A DNA stretch of 64,000 bases, from assembly GCA_030141605.1 (NCBI GenBank), contig JAQGDQ010000482.1:1-64000 (forward strand). Reading direction: 5' to 3'. This document shows positions 25,707-38,140 of the stretch, in pieces. This DNA is from Tubiluchus corallicola. Lineage: Eukaryota > Animalia > Priapulida. The first letter of the stretch is position 1. Every line of letters starts with the position of its first letter. The position numbers were made by a program, and so were the translations under genes. The notes beneath the pieces were generated by a model. The model was not told where the DNA came from and did not search any database. It saw only the letters and a program-made list of their open reading frames with translations.

Positions 25707-26965
25707 GTAGGTTTATTTAAAATTATCAGGACTGTGCAGTTTTGTATATGACTTTTTTGTTCTGGACAAAATTAAGTTTTATGCTTAATTGGGGATACAC
25801 CAAAGTTCTAAAGTTATGCAGAGGAAGCACATAAATGTCACATCTAACCATTTTAATTTAGTTCACATTTTTATTTTGTATTTAAAATTAAAACAAGTGA
25901 ACCATGAAGTTAAAACATTGTTGAAAAGGAACCACTTTTGAAAAGCGCAGTTGCAAGAGTGGGTAAGTGGACCTTTGGTCACGATGAAAAGATGCCACAA
26001 TTGGTGGGAATGATGGGGGGGGGAGTTCTGTTTAATTCAAACAGAAATGCAATGTCGTATTGTGCATTTAGAAGCTAGGGTAGATTAGTAGGGTCTGTAT
26101 AGTATGAGACGGCACATAGACACTTTATGGTTTTCCAAACTTTCTGTACAGTTAATAAGAGAAAAGAAAGCCATTACCGAAATGGCAAGACTAGCTTTGT
26201 TCAAATACACAAGTTTGACCAAAGGTTTTTGGAATGAAAGTGTGTTCTACGGCAGTGCTGTGTCATTGTTAGTTTGGTGACTATAAAATTTTGCATTTGA
26301 ATGATAGGCTCCTGCCTCTATTTGCAGAGACTTGAAAATTGTTATGCCACCGTAGTGCATCATAGTAATTTTACCCATTCCATAATATTTTTAAACATTC
26401 CATAATATTTCTAGAATCTTGTTTACTGTTGTCACTCAAAATCTAAGAAACAAAATTTATGGTGAAAATTGACAACGTCCCAATGAGAACGTAAGGAAAT
26501 ATGGGCTAGGATTAGGGTTACGGAAGGATTAGATAATTATTTCAACTACTTTTACCTCTTCTAAGGAAGCTTTGCTTCAACACAGTTTGTTTGTTTGTTT
26601 ATTTGTCTGTCTGTTTGCTTGGTTGTTTTTTGTCTGTTATGGCAATAAGCCTAATTACGTAAAGACTAGCTAACAGATTTCCACGAAACTTTGCAGAGAT
26701 AGGCTGATATAGGGTGCCAAAATGGGCATTTCCCCCCAGTTCTCTTTCCACACAATTTGATCATAATCAATTTTCGTGATACAAAAATCATTCGTGAAGC
26801 ACTTCATGGCCGTATCAGAAGAAGTGTTTGGTACTTCTTCTTCATTATCTCCACCTGGTCAAATAAATATGAGTTAGTTTCAGAAATTCGAAAAATTCTC
26901 ACTTACATAACCGTATAACGATGTCCATATGCAACGTTTAATAATGTGTACAATGTGTATAGCCT

Positions 26966-27420
<455 letters not shown>

Positions 27421-28421
27421 GTGCACGCTATGCGGCTCTTGTATTGGAAATTTAAAGTAGGACTCTGAGATTTAGCGAGTTTTCAAGTTTCCGATGACCA
27501 TTTTTCTTATTGGCTTCCTGGTCAGGTGAGTTTTGGTCACTTCAGGATCTATACACGGTAATAGTAATTTCATTTGAGTTTTTGAGAAGTGCAAGAAACG
27601 TATAATTATGTTGTTCTACATCTAGCTGCAGTTTCTTCACAACATTGCGCCAACATTGGAGACCCCGCTTAAAGGAAAACCGGAGGACTGTGTAGACATT
27701 AGCTGTAAACACAGCTCGAAAATATTGAAAACTACAACAGCATTTTTTTAATGAAAACTTTGATTTAACAATAATTACCACGGATATTTAAATTTCGTTA
27801 AACTTTCAAAGCTACGCGTGGCTCAGCAAATCCACTAAGACTGGCAATGACGCCTTTTTTGTTATATTCTCGCAACTGAGAAATAGGCGAGGTACCGTGA
27901 TAAACATGCTCACGAACTGGAATGTTCGTCTGTGTCGTCAGTGTGATGCAAAGCCCATCTCCGTGACATCACGTCAGCGTCTTGTAGCAGTCTTCGCTTA
28001 TGCAAACGTGCTTAACATGCAAGCATTGAATAAACAGTGGTTAGTTTGTGACGTAAGCGATAACTGTGTTGGGTTGCCGATAATTAACTATCCAAGGCAA
28101 TTATTCAAATATTTGAAACAATTGCTAACTTTTATGGGCAAGAAAATCTATATTTTGGACAGCGAATTAAAACGAGATTGAGTTTTATTAATTGTCCGGC
28201 TTTCATTTAAAATAAACGTTTTAAAAATCACTAGTAGGCAAAACCAGTTGAGCACAGTCTGTGGGGATGTTAAAGCACATTGCTCTCTTAGCTGTCCAAC
28301 AGAAACGAAGGATACTAATAAATAATAAATAATTTTTTATAAAGTTTTTTTTTTTACAAAAGTAAACAAAGCTGCAATTGCATAGTTGTGTAGTTACTGA
28401 CATTTTTACTGTTTTGCTCTC

Positions 28422-30002
28422 TCATTCGTTCGCTGATAAGAATTGTCTTATTATTGATGAGTTTCTGCAATTCTGAGCTTCAGCTAATTTTGATGATTTC
28501 CGCCGCGCTGAAGGTATTCTAGCTGTTGAGAGTTTTCTTGGTGAAGAGGAATTTCTACGAGAGAGAGACTCTCTTGGTGTTGAGGATGTTCTGCGATTGT
28601 GAGGCTCTTTTGGTGTTGATGATGTTCTGCGATTGTGAGGCTCTTTTGGTGTTGAGGATGTTCTGCAATTGTGAGGCTCTTTTGGTGTTGAGGATTTTCT
28701 GCGATTGTGAGGCTCTTTTGGTGTTGAAGATGTTCTGCAATTGTGAGGCTCTTTTGGTGTTGAGGATGTTCTTCGATTGTGAGACTCTTTTGGTGTTGAG
28801 GATGTTCTTCGATTGTGAGACTCTTTTGGTGTTGAGGATGTTCTTCGATTGTGAGACTCTTTTGGTGTTGAGGATGTTCTTCGATTGTGAGACTCTTTTG
28901 GTGTTGAGGATTTTCTGCAATTGTGAGGCTCTTTTGGTGTTGAGGATGTTCTTCGATTGTGGGGCTCTTTTGGTGTTGAGGATCTTCTGCAATTGTTGGG
29001 CTCTTTTGGTGTTGAGGATTTTCTGCAATTGTGAGGCTCTTTTGGTGTTGAAGATGTTCTTCGATTGTGAGACTCTTTTGGTGTTGAGGATGTTCTTCGA
29101 TTGTGAGACTCTTTTGGTGTTGAGGATGTTCTTCGATTGTGAGACTCTTTTGGTGTTGAGGATTTTCTGCAATTGTGAGGCTCTTTTGGTGTTGAGGATG
29201 TTCTTCGATTGTGGGGCTCTTTTGGTGTTGAGGATCTTCTGCAATTGTTGGGCTCTTTTGGTGCTGAGGATTTTCTGCGATTGTTGGGCTCTTTTGGTGC
29301 TGAGGAATTTTTTGGTGTTGAGGCCTTTCTTGCTGATGAAACATTTCTTGCACTCGAAGATTTTGTTGACTTTGAATGTTGCTTTGATTTAGAGAGCTTT
29401 CTTGCTGTTGCAGACTTTCTTGTGGCTGAGGACTTTCTTGATTTTGAGGACTTTCTTGCCACTGAATGTGTTTTTTCTGCTGATGACCTTGCTGGTATTG
29501 AGTATATTGTTGGCGTTAAAGATTCTGTATGGACGCTTTTTGGCGCTGCTGGCTGAGTCGTTTTGGTTGTTTCTTTGCCCATTGAGATTGTTTGTCTAGC
29601 TAAAGAGTTTTCTGTAATTGAACTGATTCCTGGTTCTGAGAATTTTGTTGGTGACTTACTGGTTGTATCGTAGTTTGGTGCCGAGGAGTTTCTTTCTGTT
29701 GAGGACTTTACATCTGTTGAGGCCTTTCCTTCTGTGGAGAACTTTCTTTCTGTTGGGGACTTTCTTTCTGGGGAGGACTCGTTTTCTGTTGAGGATTTTC
29801 CTTTTGTTGAGGACTTTCTTTCTGTTGGGGACTTTCTTTCTGTTGAATACCTCCTTGCTGATGAGGACTTTCTTCGTGTTGAGGATCTTTTTGCTGTTGA
29901 GGACTTTTTTCGCTGTGAGGACTTTCTGCTTGTGGAGCCTTTTCTTTTTGAATGTCCTGTACCTTGGAATTTTCCATTTGTGTTCCTAGCTGCTGTGGGC
30001 AT
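28422..30002 (-). CDS. 526-aa Lys/Arg/Ser/Thr-rich ORF with 6-aa and 12-aa repeats, overlapping the LRR gene tail in another frame
   Basis: Stop-free over 1581 nt, including a non-repetitive middle; 36-nt tandem repeat at ~28570-29300 encodes SSTPKE(P/S)HN(R/C)R(T/K). Confidence 0.5.
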   Translation of the reverse strand: MPTAARNTNGKFQGTGHSKRKGSTSRKSSQRKKSSTAKRSSTRRKSSSARRYSTERKSPTERKSSTKGKSSTENESSPERKSPTERKFSTEGKASTDVKSSTERNSSAPNYDTTSKSPTKFSEPGISSITENSLARQTISMGKETTKTTQPAAPKSVHTESLTPTIYSIPARSSAEKTHSVARKSSKSRKSSATRKSATARKLSKSKQHSKSTKSSSARNVSSARKASTPKNSSAPKEPNNRRKSSAPKEPNNCRRSSTPKEPHNRRTSSTPKEPHNCRKSSTPKESHNRRTSSTPKESHNRRTSSTPKESHNRRTSSTPKEPHNCRKSSTPKEPNNCRRSSTPKEPHNRRTSSTPKEPHNCRKSSTPKESHNRRTSSTPKESHNRRTSSTPKESHNRRTSSTPKESHNRRTSSTPKEPHNCRTSSTPKEPHNRRKSSTPKEPHNCRTSSTPKEPHNRRTSSTPKEPHNRRTSSTPRESLSRRNSSSPRKLSTARIPSARRKSSKLAEAQNCRNSSIIRQFLSANE

Positions 30003-30609
30003 TTCAACGATGTGTCCTGTTCTTTGACATTTATTAGCTGCATGCCTGGTTCTTGAGGCGATGACACTTGAGTGTCTTGGTTCTCAGAACCCACGTCTGT
30101 TGATGCTCCTTTTTGTTCATTTAGCTTTTCAGAACATGATGTTTCCTCAGTCGCTTGTTGCACAGTTTCCACTTGTTGTGTTTGCGTTTCCATGGTTTCC
30201 GGCTGAGCTGGTTGTGATGCTGCGTCTGTTCTGTTAGAAGTCCTGCAAACTACTAATAGTATCAATGCTAATATTAAAAATCCAAATGAAGAGCCCAAAG
30301 CAACAATTGCTTTGAAACGTAGGCGTTGGAATGGTATTATCTTTGTACTAGTCGCTGTCGTTCGTGTAGATGAACTAGAAGTTGTAGGAGATCCACTTGT
30401 AGAGAGATTTGACGAAGTCTTGTCCGATATGTCACCCTGCAACATTCGTTTTGATGGTGTCACTGCAGTGCTTGTCATTAATGCGCAGTTAAAGTCACTT
30501 GGCTGAGCATTTATTTTGTATCCACCAACTCCCTCACAATCTATTATGCTCCCATTCCACGATTCTGTTTTTATCCAAGCATGGTCACAATTGCACGCCA
30601 ACTTTAAAC
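29708..30609 (-). CDS. Exon 2 of an LRR single-pass membrane protein: LRRCT-like cap, Ser/Thr stalk, TM helix, Gln/Glu-rich tail
   Basis: Acceptor gtatttcag|GT joins exon 1 in phase 1, giving G-L-K-L-A-C-N-C-D-H-A-W-I (CxC..W cap); TM AIVALGSSFGFLILALILLVVC; spliced product ~490 aa. Confidence 0.8.
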
Positions 30610-30815
30610 CTGAAATACAAAAACCTTAAACGGTGAGTTATTAACACTTCTTTCACGGATATCCCCAAAACAAAGCCTAAACAAGATAATTAACTAGATT
30701 TTGATGCATGAATAACAAGTTGAAGGCCCTTTCTTAGTTTCAAAACAGATTTTTATTGCCAGAGCTTCTCCCAAACATGTCTCATCTGCTGAACTGACTA
30801 TTATGAAAACTTGTT

Positions 30816-31502
30816 TGCTAACCTAACACTCTCAGGTATGCTAACCTAACACTCTCAGATTGTGCTAACCTAACAATCTCAGGTTATGCTAGCCTAACAC
30901 TCTCAGGTTGTGCTAACCTAACACTCTCAGGTTGTGCTAACCTAACACTCTCAGGTTGTGCTAACCTAACACTCTCAGGTTATGCTAACCTAACACTCTC
31001 AGGTTGTGCTAACCTAACCATCTCAGGTTATGCTAACCTAACACTCTCAGGTTGTGCTAAGCTAACACTCTCAGGTTATGCTAGCCTAACACTCTCAGGT
31101 TATGCTAACCTAACACTCTCAGGTTGTGCTAACCTAACACTCTCAGGTTATGCTAAGCTAACACGCTCAGGTTATGCTAGCCTAACACTCTCAGGTTATG
31201 CTAAGCTAACACGCTCAGGTTATGCTAGCCTAACACTCTCAGGTTATGCTAGCTAACACTCTCAGGTTATGCTAGCCTAACACTCTCAGATTATGCTAGC
31301 CTAACACTCTCAGATTATGCTAGTCTAACACTCTCAGTTTATGCTAAGCTAACACTCTCAGGTTATGCTAAGCAAACACTCTCAGATTATGCTAAGCTAA
31401 CACTCTCAGGTTATGCTAGCTTAACACTCTCAAGTTATGCTAACCTAACACTCTCAGGTTATGCTAAGCTAACACTCTCAGGTTATGCTAGCCTAACACT
31501 CT
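30816..31502 (+). repeat. 24-bp minisatellite in the LRR gene intron (~28 copies)
   Basis: Unit ctaacctaacactctcaggttatg. Confidence 0.95.
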
Positions 31503-31732
31503 TGGGTGTTAAAATATACACATATAATACAGATTTAATGTGGAAAATCACGAAGTACACTGTACAAAGTTAATTGACTATTTTAATTGCTACAGTCGCC
31601 ATATTTTGGATATGTTTAATTTAGTAAAGCGATGTTTCTTAAAAACATTGTGAGAGTTGGGAAACTATAGTGACTCATTATAAACTGATAAACAAAAATA
31701 AAACAATTAGGCACAACGTTAAATTTTATTGG

Positions 31733-31880
31733 CACCCAAACATCTCGTGGGCAGGTGTATCCATGCCCAAATCTCTTGTGTCCAAATGTCCTATACCCAA
31801 GTGCCCCTTGCCCAAATGCCCGTGTCCAAATGTCTCGCGCTCAAAAATGTCCCGTGCCCAAATGTCCAATGCCCAAATAC
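31733..31880. repeat. Degenerate ~15-bp repeat (gtgcccaaatgtc)
   Basis: Recurring (c/t)ccaaat(g/c)(t/c)c motif at ~15-bp spacing. Confidence 0.7.
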
Positions 31881-32130
31881 CTCTAATAGATTTCATAACA
31901 TGCTCTGCTAAGAGGAAGATATAAGTCAGACTAGTACTTGCTGGGTATACTATTGATGACACGTGGGTGGATGTTGGAAAATGTGGCGCCATATTAAGTT
32001 GTGGACTTGAAGTTAATTCGTATTACCAGCAAAAAAGTGACACCATATTACAAGCAAAATCAGTTGAATATTCGAGAGAAACGTAGGGAACAACAATTTT
32101 GTTCTTTTTTTGTTAATGTGGACTTATTTG

Positions 32131-32613
32131 CAGGGCCTATTTCAGCCTAAGCGAGGCCCGGGGAAGTGGGGTGTGTGAAGCCCCCTTCGGGAAGGGAGGC
32201 GGGCGCTACCATGGTTGAACTACTAGAATGCCGGAGAAGCATTTTCGAAGAGAAAATATGGAGTTATACAGTTGTTAAAGGAAAGAACAATTGAAAGAAA
32301 AGCTGTTTTATTCTCAAGACCAGTCCTTAATACTTGTCAAATAGTCAAATCAAAAACAACATCTTTGCAATATGTAATACCGTACTCTCACTTCCGTACA
32401 AGCTGGTGTTAGAAATTCCGAAATTGAAAACAGCTGAACATCGGCACCGAGCCGCACAAGGCAAACGGCGCGCGTGCGGCAAGAGAGAGAGAGAGGGAAA
32501 GAGGAGGCAGTATGTTCGCATAAAGCAAAAAAATGTTACATCGGCACGAGGCCCCCTGGAGGGTCAGGCCCCGGGGAAGTATCCCCACTCCCCCCCCACC
32601 TGAAATGGGGCTG
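32131..32613. mobile_element. hAT-like MITE related to 12650-12908 (opposite orientation)
   Basis: Termini CAGGGCCTATTTCAG / CTGAAATGGGGCTG; 8-bp flanks cttatttg / cttaattg; internal gaggcagtatgttcgcataaagcaaaaaaatgttac is the reverse complement of ~12725-12762. Confidence 0.75.
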
Positions 32614-33002
32614 CTTAATTGGCAAGGAGGCGGGGAGTGGTGAACTACTTTTTTAACAGACGCAAAGAAAACCGCTTTTGTATTAATTTTTTTACAGAGT
32701 TTGATGTTATTTTGTATCTTTATAAGTTTTAATAAAAGCATTTAGAGTTCTGATTAATCCATGTGTCTGAAGCATCTGTTTTCGCCTGCCTGCGTTTATT
32801 GTTTGCAGGTTGTCTGTTTTGTTTGAAACAAGCGCTTACCTGGATATCAGTGGGGGGACGCCCATTTCCTACCTCGCAAAGGTTTTGTATTTTGTTAAAT
32901 TTAATCATCAATGACCAATGGTAGAAATGCTACTTGGAAGGTAAAAGGAGGGCATTTTCTATAACACCAGTGATAAATTAATATAACAAAAGAGTGTCCT
33001 AC

Positions 33003-33573
33003 CTGTAAGCTGTATATGGACGTCTTCTGGCTTTGTCTTTTTATTCAGTATTGGTCGGTAAATTCTTTCCATTGGCATATCTTTTATAACTAATTTCCGG
33101 AAATTTGGATTACCAGACAAATTTAGTCCAAATCCACTTTTGTTTAAGTTCGGATTATGCCAAATAAAAATATCTCTAAGACTGGCGGCCTTTTCAAACG
33201 CCTTTGGGTGCATGAAGTTTAGTTGGACGTTTTTGCTGATGTTAATCTTTTGCATATTGGCACAGATAACATCTTCACCAATCGCTTCTAAACTTGTTTC
33301 CACTAAAGTAAATTCATCCTTGATGGTGACATTTTCAAGAAATTTGTCTGGTAGTTCAGAGTCCGGATAGTATCGAATAGCAAAAGCAGTAATTGTCTTC
33401 CCTTTTAGTTTCTGACTTCGCTCTGCTAATTCTGACTTTGTTTGATCGTTACTGAAGAGACGAGCGTAATTAGACGATCTGAAACTTGGTCTCAACATGC
33501 CGGGTCTGAACGTTGTAGCGTAACTAATGGCGGCTGCTGCTAATATACAAGCACATTTTAGTTTTGCCTTCAT
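33003..33573 (-). CDS. Exon 1 of the LRR membrane protein: signal peptide plus divergent leucine-rich repeats
   Basis: MKAKLKCACILAAAAISYA signal; MQKINISKNVQLNFMHPKAFEKAASLRDIFIWHNPNL is LRR-like; donor ACAG|gtagga at 33002. Confidence 0.8.
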
Positions 33574-33954
33574 CGTGTTTATTTTTTGAACTCACTATTG
33601 TTTTCGCGCAGGTTGTACATGTATTCACTGCTTGTACCACTGCAGCAAACATGTACGCCTAATCGCAAATGGTTCTTTTTACTCACTGGTATAGAACGCG
33701 ATGAATACCATGCGCGTAGTTACGAAAAACAATTAGTAAAGACAATTATTGTTCAAGAAACACAATGTACGTTCTCTTGCTGTAGGCCTTGCTTGCGTTC
33801 TTGGATTATGCGTGGCCTAAAAAGTAGAATCAAAGCCTATGATCCTAAGCCAAACCGATCAGACGGTATAGAAACAAAGAAAAGCTTTCTTGGAAAGATC
33901 ATATCAATCTAGTGAAAACTAAACTTTCTAAATATGTATCTATTATACAAAAAG

Positions 33955-34475
33955 TTATATTATATTATATCATATCATATCATATCACGTCACGTCACGT
34001 CACGTCACGTCACATCACATCACATCACATCACATCACATCACATCACATCACATCACATCACATCACATCACATCACATCACATCACATCACATCACAT
34101 TACATTACATTACATTACATTACATTATATTATATTATATTATATTATATTATATTATATTATATTATAATATTAAAAAGTTATATATATAGATATATAT
34201 TATAGACCTATATATAGATATTATGTTATGTTATGTTATGTTATGTTATGTTATGTTATGTTATGTTATGTTATGTTATGTTATGTTATGTTATGTTATG
34301 TTATGTTATGTTATGTTATGTTATGTTATGTTATGTTATGTTATGTTATGTTATGTTATGTTATGTTATGTTATGTTATGTTATGTTATGTTATGTTATG
34401 TTATGTTATGTTATGTTATGTTATGTTATGTTATGTTATGTTATGTTATGTTATGTTATGTTATGTTACGTCACG
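33955..34475. repeat. Compound pentanucleotide microsatellites (TTATA/TCATA/TCACG/TCACA/TTACA) and (TTATG)n
   Basis: Directly visible. Confidence 0.95.
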
Positions 34476-34479
34476 TGCA

Positions 34480-35130
34480 TAGACAACTTCCAAATTAATA
34501 TTAACAATATAACTATTAGTCGGTCGAATGATATAAAATATCTGGGTGTTTTTATCAATAGCAAGCTTACCTGGAGTACACATATAAAACATATAATGTA
34601 TAAAATTAGTAAAATAACGGGACTATTTTTTAAACTTTGGTACTACCTAGATACGCAAACTTTGAAATTAATATATTACGGACTAGTTTTTCCCAACTTA
34701 CATGGGGATCAGCCAACAAAACTATAATACACAATGTTGCTGTACCTCAAAACAAAATTGTAAAAGCTGTCTGCTTTGCTGGTTACAGGGACCATGCAAC
34801 ACCTTATTATAATCAACTAAGAATTTTAAAAATAACTGATATCTATAACCTAGAAATGGCTAAATTTGTTTTCAAATTCAAGAATCATAAGCTACCTAAA
34901 CTATTTAATGGATACTTGAGTGAACCTTCAGCTTTGCACAACTACCAAACGCGGTTTGCATCAAGTAATACCTACAGTGTCAAAAGATGCAATACAACCA
35001 AAGCTCAATGTTCACTCAAGTATCAAGGCCCACGAATTTGGAACCCTATTCCACAGAAGTTCAAAAACAAATCTCTTAATTACCTTGTGTCAAACTACAA
35101 AAACATGCTTATTTCTCTTTATACCTAGTC
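34480..35130 (+). mobile_element. 5'-truncated CR1/L2-group LINE, ORF2 C-terminus
   Basis: KYLGVFINSKLTWSTHIKHI..ISK..YYGLVF..WG..QNKIVK..YQTR..YQGPRIWNPIP, with frameshifts. Confidence 0.85.
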
Positions 35131-36375
35131 TTGGAATTGTTTACACAACTAAAACTTAAACTAATATTACACTCAATTTGAACCCACCACCATACATATG
35201 AATGGTAAAAACTCACTTATTATATGAGCTGAAGATCTTAACCCTAACTTAACCATGAATACTAACCATGAATTTTGCCGTAGAGATAGTCTTTATATAT
35301 ATTATTGCACTGCTACTTGTGAAATTGTACTTTATGTTATGTCTATACCCCAATTACCTGTTAGTCTTAACAACTTTGGTTTTTTTTTTCTTTTTTCTGC
35401 TAGGTATGCATATTTATGTGTATGTTATATATATATATATATATATATATATGTAGCCATTAATACTATTCATTATAACGTAATTTTACAGCAGATAGAA
35501 GCCTCATGACTGTCTAGATGCCTTATTGGAAACGTGCCATATTCAGTACTAACATGTAAATGAAAGTTAAGAGGTTAGCCAATTCTATCTGCGTAAATTT
35601 ACACATTGCTTAGAATATCAACATTATATGTAGTTATTATGCCTTTATGTCCATAATATTTATGTTCAAATTTAAACTTAATCTCAATATATATATATAG
35701 TTTTACACACCTTATTCTGAAATCTTCGTCAAGATAATTGCGCATATTACTAATAGCAACATTACTTACAGGATGGTTGACTTTGGTAATTTTAGTTTTT
35801 TTTCGCCACCCTTTCACCAATCACCTGAACATCATTAACTCAGATAATTTATTCATTTAATAATCTTGTCACTCTGTATCATATTATCATTTCATGCTCT
35901 GTGTTTTTCTTGTAAAAAAGGTGATAAATAAAGATACTTACTTACTTACTTACTTGCGTTACATTACGTTACATTACATTATATTTTATTATAATATTAT
36001 AAATACTACATATATATATATATATAGACGAAAATTCATTAAAAAAACCTTTACTTAGCTCTTGTATTGTACAATGTTGGGATATACACTTATAAAACTA
36101 GTATAAATCCTGTATTTCTAATGCAGAAAAAGGCAGTCAGAATTGTCAGTAAAGACTGTTCAAGTGAGCACGCACATAAGCAATTCCAGATTCCAAAACT
36201 ACTGTACATAAAATGGATGACTTAGTAGACTTAAAAATCTGGTAATATTACATCCTGCAAGAATAAAGACTATTTACCTTTAAATTTACAAAAAAGATCT
36301 TCGTTCGTTAATAATCCAATCAAAATTACAAGACAGAGGGGCAGTTAAATACATCTGGCAAGAACGAATGTAGGT

Positions 36376-36577
36376 GAAAATGGCACACGTAAAAATGGCA
36401 CAGGAAAAAATGGCACTAGAAAAAATGGCACACGTAAAAATGGTACAGGAAGAAATGTCCAGGAAGAAATAGCACAGGAAAAATGGTACGGTAAAAATGC
36501 CACAGGAAAAAATGGCACTGGAAAAAGTGGCACGGTGAAAATGGCACAGGAAGAACTGGCACAGGAAAGATGGTGCA
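36376..36577. repeat. ~15-bp repeat aaaaatggcac(agg)
   Basis: Directly visible, ~13 degenerate copies. Confidence 0.8.
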
Positions 36578-37077
36578 TATTGCTTGATTTTATTCAACAG
36601 CAATAACACTGAAATTTTGTTTAAAAATTGAGCACAGAAATTACAACTAAACTGTGCAGATTGCCTGATGTTTCAAACGATTGAATGATAAAGAACTTAT
36701 GCAGCTGAAGTGCTGAGTTATTCGAATCTATAGTTTTAGACTCGTTATAATGTTATAATTTTATCATATTAGTATCGGTTAGTAAATGGTTGGTTGATTT
36801 CCAGGAAAACTGCTTGCCATTCCAATTTTTATGCAGGCAGAATGCTTGGTTTCAGGCAATGTTGTTATTTACTGGATGCTGGCCTGTAGCATGTTAAGCT
36901 GTTTGAAAATACGGGACTTCCGTTATAGGGACTACACAATGTGGCTGATAATTGGCTGATACAACTTCCTAAAATGACAATTCTCACAGTCCATGTAGGT
37001 TAACTATTAACCATTCCAGACTACTGGCAAAAATTGCTGGGTCAGTGGAGTGGATATTACAGTTTTTAAGATTTACC

Positions 37078-37478
37078 AAAAGATACAGGTAGATAAGATA
37101 CAACGATACGGGTAGAGAAGATACAAAGATACGGGTAGAGAAGATACAAAGATACGGGTAGAGAAGATGCAAAGATACAGGTAGAGAAGATGCAAAGATA
37201 CAGGTAGAGAAGATACAAAGATACAGGTAGGGAAGATACAAAGATACAGGTAGAGAAGATGCAAAGATACGGGTAGAGAAAATAGAAAGATACGGGTAGA
37301 GAAGATACAAAGATACGGGTAGAGAAGATACAAAGATACGGGTAGAGAAGATACAAAGATACGGGTAGAGAAGATACAAAGATACGGGTAGAGAAGATAC
37401 AAAGATACGGGTAGAGAAGATAGAAAGATACGGGTAGAGAAGATACAAAGATACGGGTAGAGAAGATACAAAGATACA
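37078..37478 (+). repeat. 23-bp minisatellite (~17 copies)
   Basis: Unit agagaagatacaaagatacgggt. Confidence 0.95.
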
Positions 37479-38140
37479 ATAGCTGACACAGTTTCTCACT
37501 TCTTTAAGGGACATTTGGTCCCAGCAGACAACAATTTTTGCTTTCAGTCCCTTTACATCAAGCAGCTCTGTGCGACCATTTTAGGCTCCAGTTTCCCTTC
37601 AATTCCAAGCACCGCAATTCATGGGATCAAGTACCTTTTTTGACAAGAAATCTTTATCAACGTTTTACCTTGAGTGCTTTGTACATCACTGAACGTGGCT
37701 GTCTTTCAGTTGCTGATTAGCTGACAAGATTCTAGCATTTAAACTTCTAACATGCAAAAGTTTTTCGGTCATAACTTAAAAACCACTAAACTTGTAAATT
37801 TGACAGCTAAACGTTAGTGTATTGTCATATCATGCTGTGCAATTTGAACTTGTAGAGTAAATCACTTGCTTCTAACATTATTGTGTAATCTAATACTCGG
37901 CAAATTTGACTGTTAACAATAATCTGTCACTTCTTATCACCTGAATCAAAATATGAAGAGTCAATTGATTTTCAAAATAATATTTATTTGGCAACAAATT
38001 TGTGAAGTATGTACGTTTTGGAAAAGAAACATAAACTTTTTGTAAACCAAAAATGAAAATGATATTAATTTTGTTATACCATAATAAAAAGTTTGGACTT
38101 TTAAAAATAAAACCGCGGAATATCAAAATAATCTAATTAA

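Noticed and set aside
28526-29392. Plus-strand 288-aa ORF LLVLRMFFDCE repeat
   Set aside because: Antisense reading of the 36-nt repeat; it ends where the repeat ends.
36984-37514. Hydrophobic ORFs in three minus frames
   Set aside because: The 23-bp minisatellite lacks stops on that strand.
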